A stretch of 64,000 nucleotides of DNA from a virus (lineage: Duplodnaviria; Caudoviricetes). Below the pieces are notes generated by a model. That model was not told the DNA's origin and searched no databases. It saw only the letters and a program-made list of their open reading frames with translations. How positions within the stretch are numbered: position 1 is the stretch's first letter; every line of letters begins with the position of its first letter. The stretch is taken from positions 27,943 through 91,942 of the IMG/VR virus record IMGVR_UViG_3300037067_013617. The stretch is one strand, 5' to 3'. A program made the translations under genes and the position numbers. Below are positions 29,623-41,019 of the stretch, piece by piece.

Positions 29623-29806
29623 AATACTCCTCTACTTTTAAAATATTTTCTTTTACAAGATAAGCAGCTATGATATTTTCAATTAAATCAGATCTACTAC
29701 AATGTTTTTCTTCTGCTATTTTATTGATTTTAGGAATTAAAAAATTTTGAATAGTTATAGGCATCAATATCCTTTTTTTATCTGGATCAACTTTTCTATT
29801 AGCCAT
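29609..29806 (-). CDS. Ribbon-helix-helix (CopG-like) DNA-binding protein
   Basis: ITIQ..LIPKINKIAEEKHCSRSDLIE. Confidence 0.7.
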   Translation of the reverse strand: MANRKVDPDKKRILMPITIQNFLIPKINKIAEEKHCSRSDLIENIIAAYLVKENILKVEEYYVNK

Positions 29807-29879
29807 TTCTTTTATCCTTTATATTTATATTGAATTATAATATAGATATAAATATATAATTTTAAGTCAACCAAAAAAA

Positions 29880-30270
29880 TACGAAAGTGTAAAAAAAATA
29901 CAAAAGACAAAATAATACACTTATGTTTTATTAAATTTTAATTATTAGTCGCATCTAACTTTTTTATGAAGAAAAAATATAATCATTAGTAATGCATATT
30001 TTTACACTTTTGTATTACTGTTATTATATTTTCTTCCTTATTAATAGTTCTTAATATATAAAAAATATATATTATAAAATATATATAAAAGTGTAAAAAA
30101 AGATAAGTGTCTATCTTATTAGGATAAATTGAAAAAAGATATTAATAAAAAAACGCCATTTCTTACACTTAGTTATTAGTTTATTATTAGGTGTAAAAAG
30201 TGTGAAATGCAGGGGTATATTTTCTTAAAATCTCCTGATAAGGTAAACACTTTTGTTTTTTTACACTTAA
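29880..30270. repeat. AT-rich intergenic region with repeated AGTGTAA/TTACACT (putative replication origin)
   Basis: Copies near 29884, 30001, 30088, 30163, 30191, 30261 in both orientations. Confidence 0.55.
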
Positions 30271-30276
30271 GTTTAG

Positions 30277-30307
30277 AAAAAACCCTGTCGGTATTCCCGG
30301 CAGGGTT
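30277..30307 (-). terminator. Intrinsic terminator
   Basis: AACCCTGCCGG-loop-CCGACAGGGTT followed by a T-run on the minus strand. Confidence 0.65.
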
Positions 30308-30430
30308 AAAGTTAAACTGGGAGGTTTTAAATGAAAATAGTTTCACATTTCATCATCCTTTGAAGGATAATAGTTTTGGTAAAATAAAATTATTACTTTA
30401 TCAATGTTTCCTGTCAAGCTGTTTTTAAAA

Positions 30431-30646
30431 TTAAGTTTGTTTTAGATAAGACTTATTGCTGGCATACCCTGTTTTGCTGTTGCCGGTCCGCCCCTGGACG
30501 ACTCTAACCGCGATATTAGTCTTTGAGTAGTCTCTATGCATGAGCGCCCGGCAGGCATCACATATTATATGCTCAGGGAACTCTCCTGCCGTCCATTCCT
30601 CTTTCTCTCTATCGCATTTAGGACAAACATAATCAGCTCGTTTCAT
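30431..30646 (-). CDS. FmdB-like zinc-ribbon protein
   Basis: YVCPKC...CDAC..MHR. Confidence 0.65.
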   Translation of the reverse strand: MKRADYVCPKCDREKEEWTAGEFPEHIICDACRALMHRDYSKTNIAVRVVQGRTGNSKTGYASNKSYLKQT

Positions 30647-31623
30647 TTGATACCCTCGATTATTTCTAATCTCTTTTTATTTATTTGACTAAGTAATAAA
30701 TTGTCCCAGATGTATTCATAACTCTGGAGATAATTACTATGCCGGAAATCTTTGCTTTTGATAACTTTCTCCAATAAATAAGAGAAATTATCAATATCTT
30801 TATATCGGATAGTGCCCGGCTTATCAAATTCAGGAAAGTCCGGAACAATAGACACGGATCCCGCGTATGTCGCCTCTAACCAGCTGATATTGCTTTTCCC
30901 TCTATTAAATATATTATCCAGTAAGGGATTAATTTGAATAGCCGATTTAAGTTCTCTTATAAATTTAAAATAATCAATGATGTCGCATTCTTTAAAACTG
31001 AAAAATGTCTTAATGCCTTCTGTAATGTACCATAAATCGCTGCCCATAAACGTCCACGCCCATTCGGGATAAGTTTTTGCCAGACTGAATATCTTTTCCT
31101 TGACTGACCGAATATCTTCCCTGTGAGTGTTGGACCCGCGCCAATTGATAGAATTAACCGTTTCCGTAACTTCTTTAAAAGGATACTGATAATCATTATG
31201 AGCATTATTGATCACAATTATATTAGGATTAAATTTTGAATAATAATCCTTCATCGCCTGCGTAGATACCGTTACAATATCGGAAAATTTAATACATTCT
31301 TCTATGTTTTTTAATAATTTAGGCTGGACCTTATGCATTTCCCATACCGGGTTATATCGTGGAATTTCATGCAGAATATCATCATAATCTACCCATATCG
31401 GGATATTAAAGTCCCTGGCCATGTGAAATGCCTGCATATCGGGATCGCGGGAAGGCCGCTCCATATAGAAAAGATCGACTCCGGCCAGCGACGGCCAGGT
31501 AATCTGCGCGGGTACCTTGATTTCGATATTTTTACTAAGTCTGTTTAAATACTGGAAAACACCAAGGCTGCGGTAATAGGATACGCCTGAATATGGAATT
31601 GACTCATAGATTGATAATATCAT
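30643..31623 (-). CDS. Glycosyltransferase-like protein (GT-B type)
   Basis: YYR, VDYDD, DIVTVST, WRGSNTH..D, PLLDNIFNRGKSNISWLE. Confidence 0.75.
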   Translation of the reverse strand: MILSIYESIPYSGVSYYRSLGVFQYLNRLSKNIEIKVPAQITWPSLAGVDLFYMERPSRDPDMQAFHMARDFNIPIWVDYDDILHEIPRYNPVWEMHKVQPKLLKNIEECIKFSDIVTVSTQAMKDYYSKFNPNIIVINNAHNDYQYPFKEVTETVNSINWRGSNTHREDIRSVKEKIFSLAKTYPEWAWTFMGSDLWYITEGIKTFFSFKECDIIDYFKFIRELKSAIQINPLLDNIFNRGKSNISWLEATYAGSVSIVPDFPEFDKPGTIRYKDIDNFSYLLEKVIKSKDFRHSNYLQSYEYIWDNLLLSQINKKRLEIIEGIK

Positions 31624-32699
31624 TTGTCTTTTCTCCTCGTCTTTTTTTAGAGAGTATGAAAAGTAAATGATAATCTGTCAAGGAAAAATCTAATTCAAAA
31701 ATCCGAAACCAATAATTTCGGTCAATTTCGAATACATATTCCCGATAAGATCCTGCTTATTTGACAGCCTCTTTGAAATATCTTCTATGAAACCGCTTTC
31801 CCACTCGTTTAAAAGTCTGCCTGAGCAATGCTCATTTGCCTCTAATGCATCCTGAATAGCGTTTATGAGTGCAATTCTTCGAGATTCACTGAATGGCTTA
31901 TTCATATTCTTACTTCTTAATCGTGCCTTTTACATCCGGCACTAATTACTTTCCCATACGGCGCATAGTATCCACATTCACAAAACCAGTACCGGACATC
32001 AATAATGTTTAGTATATTGCATTCCCATCGTTTATACTGTTTTGGCTTGATATTATTTATTGCCCGGTTGAATTCTTTTTTAGTGTCTTTGATGATTTTG
32101 TTATTTTGCGCGATAGCTTGATCGCATATTTTATTTATGATTGCTGTTGTCATTGTTTTTATTCCTCTATTTCTTCGATTTTCATTCCGGTTGCGCGTTC
32201 GATCAAATCACGCGTTTCTCTTAAAAAATATTTATCTGTTGAATCATTATTCGAATAATTATAAATATTTATCAACGCCTTTAACATTTCCGGCGCTGCG
32301 GCAATAAGACGGGCGTTGGCTTCACTTTCTTCTAATTTATCTAAATCATTCGGCGGTATTCCGTTTGAGTTTAAATCAAATTTAAAACTATGTTCTGAGG
32401 GAATACCGACATGCCATTCTCGATATTTATGTTTAAAAAATACTACCCACTTTCCCGGTGTATGTTTTAAATTACTCATTGTTTTTCCCTTAATCCTCTA
32501 TCAAATAACTAGCTGTAAAACAACAGGCTATTATTCCTATACAATTCAAGAAAAACCATAAGAGGACTTTTATATAATCATCCTTTGATATAAATAGGCA
32601 CCAATATGATAGCCCTATGAACCATATCAAGCAACCAACATATACCATATAACCTAAATTTTTCTTACTCATTCTTTTCTTTTCTCCTTTTTCCCTTGT

Positions 32700-32727
32700 T
32701 TACGACATAACCCCCCTTTTGTCGTAG
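32700..32727. repeat. dif-like 11-6-11 site A (spacer CCCCCC)
   Basis: TTACGACATAA CCCCCC TTTTGTCGTAG. Confidence 0.8.
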
Positions 32728-32732
32728 TTAAA

Positions 32733-32924
32733 TTATGCATCTAATTCTAATGGCTTATGATCTTTTTGTTCGTGATGAAAGACTTGTCCTAAATCACGCA
32801 TATCAACTGATTGCCCGCACGCTTTACAAATATAATAATTTTCTATTTCGGGGACATCTATTTTATTCCCATTTTCATCCACCGGATGCCCGGTTATTCC
32901 TGTCGCAATGTTATTTGTTTTCAT
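32733..32924 (-). CDS. 63-aa Zn-finger-like protein, duplicated at 48283
   Basis: CxxC...HH; 55/63 identical to 48283..48474. Confidence 0.75.
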   Translation of the reverse strand: MKTNNIATGITGHPVDENGNKIDVPEIENYYICKACGQSVDMRDLGQVFHHEQKDHKPLELDA

Positions 32925-32936
32925 CTTTGCTTTCTT

Positions 32937-32953
32937 CCCCCCTTTTGTCGTAG
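32937..32953. repeat. Partial dif-like site B (spacer CCCCCC plus right arm)
   Basis: CCCCCC TTTTGTCGTAG abutting a TAG stop. Confidence 0.7.
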
Positions 32954-35900
32954 CTATTTAAATGGTAAAATAGCAAATTCTTTCATAATTTTTCTTCGTT
33001 CCAAGGCTTCATTAATTTTCTTTTCAATAATTTTATCAATTTTCTCATCCAGGATTTTATCTTCTATTTGAGGAATACCAACCTGATTTTTGCCTGCGGC
33101 CTTTTCAAATACCCGAACGTGATCTACATCTGTCTGTTCAGTTAATGCTTTTAATTTTTTTAAGAAAATCATTTTTATCATCAACTGATATTTCTAGTCC
33201 TAAATTTCCATCTTTATAAACTGCTTGCATAAATATTTTTCCTTTTCTATATTTGTCGTAGCTATATAATCGATAAAGCATGTATTAAATCTTTTTGAGA
33301 TTCAAAAACTTTTCCTTCCCTACGAATATGTCGTAGCTATTTTTCCCTTAAAAATAATAACTTAAATTTTTCTTTAAAAGATAAGCTATCAATATATTGG
33401 ATCAATAATTCTTTTGAGAAATTATAATTATTTAATTGAATTGAATTTTGTAATTTTTCTTGTAATTTATTAGAAAGCTCTTTTTGATTTTTTAAGATTT
33501 CTAATACAAAATTCATTAAATATGACACACTTGCTTTATCATCCCCACCGGTTGCACAAATATCCCGTAAACCATGGAATAGGCGATGAAGAAATGGATC
33601 GACATAAAACAATTCCTTCCATTCTTTTGTTCTAAAAATTATTTTATTTAATTCTTGAAATATTATATATGGCATTATTTTTTTCCTTTTCTCTCTGTCA
33701 ACAGACCGCATTGACAGTAATATTAAAACATAAATTTTTATTTTTCCCTTGCTTCCAGCATGGCATCGGCGATGAGATAAGCGTATTTTGTAACGTCATT
33801 TATATTAATTGCTTTGAAAGATGTATTTGGCATTCTGCCTCCATAGATTCCCTGCATAGCTGCCGCCGCGAAATAATCCCGCTTAGTTATCCCTTCCTGT
33901 CCATCTTCTGCAAAATCAAAATCATTATCGACAGTCTGCTGCCCCATCTGTTTCAGCGATTGAACCGGAAACGCCGATCCGCCGTTTTTTTTGTTAGCCA
34001 TAATTTTATTTCTCCTTTATTTTCTATTCCGTTAAAATATTATTTCCCTTAAAATCGAAATGTAAAAGTTTTTCGATTTTAGGAGTTATTTCGATCAATC
34101 CCCGCTCTAATCCTTCAAATCCATCCTCGGCGCTGTTTACTGTTTTTAATTGCCGGGTAATTTCCTGTTGCTTGGTAAATAATTCCGTTTTAAGAATATT
34201 AGCATAATCCATTGCTTTTGGAATAAAATTTTTATATTTCAACCATGCCGATTGAGCATCAGCTACATATTGATTTGCTTCAACAACTCTTTGCTTCCAT
34301 TGTGATATTTCTTCATCGCATTTATCTTTTACTTTTTTAATTTCATTTTTAGTTTTTTTCTCTGCCGCTTCCTTTTGCATTTCGATTGCATCTGCGTATC
34401 TGGCTCGCTGTTCGTCCAATTGCTTCATCCAGTATTTTTCATCTTCGATGCGCTGTTTCGATCTCGCTTCGATCTCTATTTGCTTTTCGGACTTGCTCTT
34501 TAGGAAATTAAACATCAGCCCTCCTTTATACCCATTTTCTTACTGTGCATCTTGCATAATCTTTATTATCCCTTCTGAAAAAAGAATCCTGTGAATTAAA
34601 AGAAAGATCGGGTTCCCAATCCGGCGTTAAATGCTGTAAACAATATTCTTTTGCTTTTTCATAACAAACTTTATCTTGATCTTTGTAGTTAATATTTTCA
34701 GGTATTTCAAATTCAATTTTATCCCATTCCATTTTTTTGCCAATTCTATCTAATCCATAAATCTCCATATCGCAATGGATATTAGATCGCCGGGATAATA
34801 ATTGACAGGTTTGTTTTTCATCAAAATGAATATCTAAAAATTTTATGGATGCATTATCGTCCCTAATTTCTAAATGTAATCCTTCCGCATTAAATAATAA
34901 AGTAGCTTCTCCTTTAATAATGTTCATATTATTCATTTCCTTTTGTATAATTTAATAATTTAGGCATTTTTCCTGAAGCAGCTATTTGCTTTAAATCGGG
35001 AATAAGATGGGATCCCAATGTTTGTCCATCCGGCATTATTACTTTCATGCCGAATTCTTCCTCAAAGGTTGAAATTCCATCATTTATAAATTCAAGTTTA
35101 GCCTTGACGCCGATAACCATTGCCCGCCATCTCTGCCGGATAGCCTGCTCATACGTAGCTTGTGCCTGATTTTGTTTTCTATTTCGTCCCATATCTGTTT
35201 TAAGAAATTCTTCTTTTTTAGGCAATGGGACATCGTATTGGATCGATAAATTATTATATTCGAACATTAAATATAATTTATCTTCGTCTTCCATCGTACC
35301 AAATCTTTTTGCGCCATAATTCCGAAGTATTTTTTGGATTTCTGCTTGTGATCTTTCGATGGAAACGCTGGTATTTTGTGCATATTTAGCCATTGTTGTC
35401 ATCTTCTCCCTTTCTCTCGACTTTTTTTTCTTCCTGTTCCATCGGCAGTTTACATTTTTTGCAAGTTACGGTCTGAGGCAAACTACCGATATCGTATTCG
35501 AACTTAATCACTCCCCCGCATTTCTTACACTTAAAAGTCTCTGTTTTGAATTTCATTCTTTGATCTTTACGAAAAATGAAGCGTCCATGTCTTTTATCGG
35601 GGTACCGCGCATTCCGCAGACATCACAAAATTCACCCTCATTCGCGGATATAAGATATTTACTCCGGGTAAATTTAGACTCGGTAACACAGGTTACTTTT
35701 CGGATAATTTTACTTTCTTTCGGCAGAAGATTACTTCTAACCAAATCTCCTACTGCAAAAATTTCATGTGTAACGGAATTTGGTTTTATAATCTTATTCT
35801 TTTCTTTTCTCTTGTTTCTGCCGAGTATTTGAAACGCCAATTTAATTCGTAGACCATAGAGCCAGCTATGCACGGCTCCTAAAAAATCATTGATTAAAGC

Positions 35901-36177
35901 ATTCCGGCTTTTTCTTATCGCACGACGTAACCGTTTAACATTTTTACCGCTCATGTTTTATCCTCGTTATTGTAATTGTTGTTGCAATGATGCAATTTTC
36001 TCCCATGTCCGGGAATAATCAAAAAGATGAATAGCAGGGAGTTGACCTATTCTTTTGGGATCCACATTGCTAAATTTTTCTGATTTATTCAGCAGATACA
36101 TCAGCTCGTGTTTAATTTTAATTGATTTTCGTTTAGATATTGCCATAAAATTTCTCCTGAAAATTTTATTTTATTTG

Positions 36178-36405
36178 TTATTTGATAATATTTCTATCGA
36201 TAATCTCTTTGCATATTTTTTTAAGCTGAGATATTTTTTGCCGTGACAAAGCATTAGTAATATAAACTTCTCCCTTGCTTAATGCCCGCGAAAGCGCCCG
36301 ATATCCCTTTGTCTCTTTTGCTGCTTTTTCGATAATATCAACATAGAATTTGACATCATCTTTTTCCCGCTGCATTTTGTCTTGAAAATCTTTTTGAAGT
36401 GTCAT
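36178..36405 (-). CDS. Possible Cro-like HTH regulator
   Basis: GYRALSRALSKGEVYITNALSR; first gene after promoter copy 3. Confidence 0.4.
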   Translation of the reverse strand: MTLQKDFQDKMQREKDDVKFYVDIIEKAAKETKGYRALSRALSKGEVYITNALSRQKISQLKKICKEIIDRNIIK

Positions 36406-36438
36406 TCTGTATAGAACTCCTTTTTTAATATAATTTAG

Positions 36439-36472
36439 ACATTAATATAATGCTCTAAATACGTCAAGCATT
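36439..36472 (-). promoter_or_regulatory. Sigma70-type promoter with overlapping palindrome (copy 3)
   Basis: TTGACG-17-TAATGT; perfect AATGCT-N12-AGCATT. Confidence 0.65.
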
Positions 36473-36487
36473 TTATTTAAAAAAAAT

Positions 36488-38677
36488 TCATATCGCCACA
36501 AAAACTTTGTGTGCATATATTCCTTTACCGACGAGTCTTTCTTCTATTTGTTTTGACTGCTGTAATGTCTCCAATACGTCATTTCTAATATGTCCCGGCA
36601 AATTCTGTGTCTTCCTTGATATTTCCGACAACGCGATATATCCTGATTCCTGTATCAGCCGAAGTATTCTTTTCACTTCGTGTTCGTAATCATTCTTTGC
36701 CATATAATTTTCAACAATATATTGCATATTATCTGACAAATATTTTGATAATTTAATAGAATAAAGCATTTCCTCCCTGGTAATAACCGGATTATCTACG
36801 TTATTGCCTATACTGAGTATTAAAGCGATTTGTTCGGCCAATTGCGCCGACCGGTTATAAGTCGATTCTGCTTTACCTTTTTCTCTTAATTCATTTCTAA
36901 AATTAAATAAATGTTCATCGAATTCAATGATTAAATTATGCGCGTCTTCATCCATTTCAACTACTAACGGTTTCGGATTCAATGCTCCGTCTACGTCGCC
37001 ATCAGGACTATGATTTATCGGCTTTCTCTTGAGCGCTTTTATCTGGCTGACTAATTCCGCACTTGGTTTTTTTAGAAATTTTTTATTGCGTTGTTTTCTG
37101 ACAATATTTTCATCAGTCTCAAATATAAGCATACGCGATAAAAATCCATCCGTTGCGGCTTCATAATTTAATCCTTTATAAAGAGTATCCGGGACGGTAC
37201 TGCCGAGCAGACATAGATTCGGCTGGATAATCTTGACTCTTTTATCCTCGCTGGCATAGATTTTTCCATAATATATCTGATCCGCAGACGAGTATAATTT
37301 TAATAATACCGAGACAACATTAAATAAATGTGTAGCGCCTTTTTTAGTTGTTTCAAGAAAACGGCCGACTTCATCCAATAAAAATAATTGCGATTCCGCG
37401 GTCGTAAGCGCCGTTACAATAGCGGAGTCACTCGCAATATCCTCGACACAGGCCATGTTCCCACAACCGGATTCTTCGAATAAATCCTTGACCGCTTTTC
37501 TTGGCGCTTCTTTCCCTGAGCCGGACCCGCCTATGTTCAGGCAATAGATATTCGTGCGAATGCCGGTCGAAGTCTGATATTTACGTCCGGCCAGTGTCCC
37601 CACCGCGCATAATGCAGCTGATAACGCGAAAATAGGCTGAGGAATAATTGCCCGATCCATGATAAAATCGATAATATTACCGACAATGCCTCCCGTTTTA
37701 AGTAAATCCGATGGAAAAGGTTCCTTCTTAAAGACGGCCTTCATTTTAGTTAAAGTTTCAATATCAGGCAAAGTGGGAAGAACAATTATCTGCTTGTCGT
37801 TTTTTTCCTCTTTTTTGTTATATTTATGCTCATAAGTTGTTATCCAACCTGCCCGCTGCGCCTCATGGAATAAACTCGCAATAGTAATATCAGCAGGTTT
37901 CAGTCCGTTCCAGCGGTTTTCCATATCGTCCGGTTTATATTTATCACTGGTTTTGGACCATTCGTTCCAGAGGCCATAAGCTGAAGGTGAATTTGTGCTT
38001 TTCAGCGCCATGCCTATCCGTACCCATGTATCACGGTCGTCGCTGCTGAGATATGCCAGGGCAGAACGTATTTCCCTGATTTCCTCTTCCGGTAATATAT
38101 TCGTTAATGTTTCTTCAGATGCGTTGGATTTTATCTTAGTAAAATTAACAATCCATTCCGGAAGGGGAGCGCATCGTCCTTTAATATTGTCAATTCCGAG
38201 ATCGTCAACGTCATCATAAACGATATATTTATTATTATCTACGGTGACGCAATATCCGCCATCGCCGCGGATATCCACCGGTAAAAACTTATCAATAAAT
38301 CTGGTTTTTGATCGAATTTCGGCATTTTCCGGCAGCAAATAATAGAAGTGCCGGCCGCCGCTGGGAGTTTGTACTTGGAAGGTGTCTGGCAATTCACCGT
38401 GGTTTTCTTTTACTTCCTCTATTAGTTCATCAACGGATCTGGTATCAATATCTTCAGTTCCGGGAATTTTTTTGTTTACATCAAAATCTATGACAACTAT
38501 TTCGTTTTTTTTTCCAGTAGGCAATCCTATCAATAATTCCGGCTTAAAAAATTGCTTTTTTATGGTCTCAAAATCATTGACGGCATCGTAAAAGCCTCTT
38601 TTAGTAAGCGGAGTCTTATCCAGCCAGCATGGGAAAATATAAAAACCTTGATCTGTATATTTTTGAAGGCAATCCAT
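36488..38677 (-). CDS. Bifunctional primase-polymerase with PriCT-2 and C-terminal P-loop (DUF3987-like) domain
   Basis: IGLPTG...VIDFD, TPSGGRHFY, DIRGDGGY; DRDTWVRIGMAL..W..WS; GSGSGKE, LLDE. Confidence 0.9.
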   Translation of the reverse strand: MDCLQKYTDQGFYIFPCWLDKTPLTKRGFYDAVNDFETIKKQFFKPELLIGLPTGKKNEIVVIDFDVNKKIPGTEDIDTRSVDELIEEVKENHGELPDTFQVQTPSGGRHFYYLLPENAEIRSKTRFIDKFLPVDIRGDGGYCVTVDNNKYIVYDDVDDLGIDNIKGRCAPLPEWIVNFTKIKSNASEETLTNILPEEEIREIRSALAYLSSDDRDTWVRIGMALKSTNSPSAYGLWNEWSKTSDKYKPDDMENRWNGLKPADITIASLFHEAQRAGWITTYEHKYNKKEEKNDKQIIVLPTLPDIETLTKMKAVFKKEPFPSDLLKTGGIVGNIIDFIMDRAIIPQPIFALSAALCAVGTLAGRKYQTSTGIRTNIYCLNIGGSGSGKEAPRKAVKDLFEESGCGNMACVEDIASDSAIVTALTTAESQLFLLDEVGRFLETTKKGATHLFNVVSVLLKLYSSADQIYYGKIYASEDKRVKIIQPNLCLLGSTVPDTLYKGLNYEAATDGFLSRMLIFETDENIVRKQRNKKFLKKPSAELVSQIKALKRKPINHSPDGDVDGALNPKPLVVEMDEDAHNLIIEFDEHLFNFRNELREKGKAESTYNRSAQLAEQIALILSIGNNVDNPVITREEMLYSIKLSKYLSDNMQYIVENYMAKNDYEHEVKRILRLIQESGYIALSEISRKTQNLPGHIRNDVLETLQQSKQIEERLVGKGIYAHKVFVAI

Positions 38678-38700
38678 TTATTTGTCCAAGGTATAATTTT

Positions 38701-39264
38701 TTATTTCTTTTTAACGCTTTTTTTTAAATTCTTTACCTTCTGATACAATAACATTTCCGCTTTGACATCTTCGATAGCGGAATGAGCTTTGAATTTTATT
38801 CCGAAATATTCGCATAAAGTAGAAAGTCTATAATTATCGAACACTTCTATCTGCCCGGAAATAATTTTTTCTGCGATAAAGGGATAAATATCCAATAATA
38901 TATTAAAGAAATAGGATCCAAAATACTTATCCTGATTACGGGCGAAAAGAGCCCGGACAAAATTATTATCGAATGAAGTATTAAATCCTGCGAATATCAT
39001 TTTATCTTTAACATTGTATTTGTCAACAAGAGTGTCTAAAAACCGGATAAAATCATACAATAATACTATTTCTTTCTTGCCGTTGGCTTTTAGCCATTCC
39101 CATGTTATGCCGGTCAAGGCCTCAATAATTTCATAATCCGCCGGTTTATAAGCAGGGAGGCAGTATTCGTGAAATTCTGCGCCTGTATCCGGACAAATAG
39201 CCGCCAATTCTATAATCGTGTCTTTCTCAGAATTTAATCCCGTAGTTTCTACGTCTACCCACAA
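38701..39264 (-). CDS. DEDDh 3'-5' exonuclease (DnaQ-like)
   Basis: DVETTG, FN..FD, AHSAIEDV. Confidence 0.9.
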   Translation of the reverse strand: MWVDVETTGLNSEKDTIIELAAICPDTGAEFHEYCLPAYKPADYEIIEALTGITWEWLKANGKKEIVLLYDFIRFLDTLVDKYNVKDKMIFAGFNTSFDNNFVRALFARNQDKYFGSYFFNILLDIYPFIAEKIISGQIEVFDNYRLSTLCEYFGIKFKAHSAIEDVKAEMLLYQKVKNLKKSVKKK

Positions 39265-39277
39265 CGCTTTTATTTTA

Positions 39278-40359
39278 TTAATTTTGCATCACCTCATGTA
39301 TTTTTATATCTTTTTTTAATTCATTTGCTTTTCCGTGTAAAGGACAGTGTTTAGAGAACCAGAATATAGGTTGCCCGTTGGCTTTTATATATGCTCCTTG
39401 CCCGTTATTATTCTTTTCCACGGGACAAATACAGCCTGCTTTTATAGCGTCCGGCGATCCCGGCGCGTATGGTTTTATTTTTATTGTCGGCATATTTTGA
39501 TTTTTCCTTATCTTAATAAATGCTTGCTTTTTGTCAACGGTTTAATTTATTATTTATTTGTATTGTAAAATCCCAAAATAAAAGGTTTAAATTTATTTCC
39601 CATATATATTTACTGGCAAACGCATTATAAAATCTGCCTATTTCTAAATTTATTATTAACAATCCCAAACGAATAAAATTATAATGATTCAAAAAAAATA
39701 CTTTCATCGCCTTTTCCCCCGCTCCTTATATCTTCGATATCGTGCATCATTACTATTCCTATCGATAGGTCGCCAGTCCTCAGCCGTCGCGACAACGTGT
39801 CCGCATAGAAAACATTCCGCGAAATAATCATTTACGGGGCCGGGAAGCGTAATAATTTTCCCTGGAAGAATGCGGTTGCATCGCGGACAGCGAACGTCTT
39901 GTTTCCGGACTTTAATCGACGGCTGAGATAATGATGGTTGTGGGTACATTATTTATTTCATCCCGAACATTTTTTTTAAATATTCAATCGACTCGTCATC
40001 ACTCAATCTAAAATAATAATTACATTTGCCGTCCCGAAGTTTATATCTGCCTGGCGCAGTCGCAGAATAGCGCAGGCAGGAAGTCTTTAACGTGCAATCT
40101 GTATTTCTGCATTTAGTCAGATTTCTGATATAATCGTTAATGGCTGGCATTGTTATGGCTCCGTTTGTTCTTTTTGTTTTCGACTATATCTAAAAATTAC
40201 TTCATTTCGCAATCTGCGAGATAAATTACTTTTTTTCTGTTGAATTTTATAATATTCTTTTTCTATATCAATATCTTTTAATTCATCCTCTTTTTTGGAG
40301 TTCCCATAAAATTCATTAAGTCCGCTCAATACACCCATAAATGGTAATAATTTATTCAT
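39278..40359 (-). other. Four small hypothetical ORFs (39278, 39704, 39953, 40153), three of them Cys-rich
   Basis: PGS.DAIKAGCICP..CPLH; CPRC..CFLC; C..C..C patterns. Confidence 0.55.
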
Positions 40360-40407
40360 AATAAAAACCTCCTTTTAAATAATTATTTAACAGCATTTTT
40401 TACCATA

Positions 40408-40435
40408 TTACGACATAAGGTCTCTTTTGTGGTAG
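40408..40435. repeat. dif-like site E (spacer GGTCTC)
   Basis: TTACGACATAA GGTCTC TTTTGTGGTAG abutting the methyltransferase stop. Confidence 0.8.
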
Positions 40436-40855
40436 CTAATTTCCTTTCAAAATAAAACAACATATTGAGCTTGGACCTTTTTGAGGTTCCTTTGTTTCAG
40501 TATCAAGGAATTTTATTCTACCCATAGACCGTAATTCTGCCCCAGCTTCTAATAATAGATTTACATAAGACTGTACTGGCAATAATAATACCGACGATTT
40601 ACCTTGTTTGTTTTCTTCAATTGCTTTTCTTACAAAGGCCGTTGGACCGCCGAATGGAGAATCTTTTTTGCGAAAAGGCGGATTGATATAATTTGAACTT
40701 CCCCACGGAATAATTAGTCCATTATAATTATCCGGCAAAGGACAAGGACAAGGATCAAAATCAAAATTAAATTCATCATCTAACTTTTGATATACATCCA
40801 GAGGTGTAAGCCAATAATGCTTACCATCGCCTTTATTTCCTTTTTCAAAACTCAT
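40436..40855 (-). CDS. Phage DNA N6-adenine methyltransferase
   Basis: W.TP, FDFDPC, NPPF. Confidence 0.8.
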   Translation of the reverse strand: MSFEKGNKGDGKHYWLTPLDVYQKLDDEFNFDFDPCPCPLPDNYNGLIIPWGSSNYINPPFRKKDSPFGGPTAFVRKAIEENKQGKSSVLLLPVQSYVNLLLEAGAELRSMGRIKFLDTETKEPQKGPSSICCFILKGN

Positions 40856-41019
40856 ATTCTTCTCCCCACTCCCTCCCTCGATTCTATTCCTGAACTATTC
40901 CCCTCGCCAAAAGGGCAATATATTTTATCATCTTCGACAACAAATTCAAATTCCTGATATTCTATCTGCCGCGTTACGGTATTCCATACCGGGCAGCGTT
41001 GTTTGATTAGTCGCATAAA

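Larger units (their letters stand above)
31690..36405 (-). other. Operon of about 15 small hypothetical early ORFs (31690, 31917, 32159, 32490, 32733, 32954, 33337, 33738, 34024, 34526, 34929, 35553, 36178 and others)
   Basis: Tightly packed minus-strand ORFs, many with GGAG/GAGG RBS; 32159 has the common phage HTPG.W...ANARLIAAAPEML pattern and 33738 the AFP...G(I/M)TKRDYFAAAAMQG pattern. Confidence 0.65.

Noticed and set aside
30207-30428. 73-aa plus-strand ORF in the putative origin region
   Set aside because: It overlaps the repeats and a terminator hairpin, has no RBS and no recognisable motif
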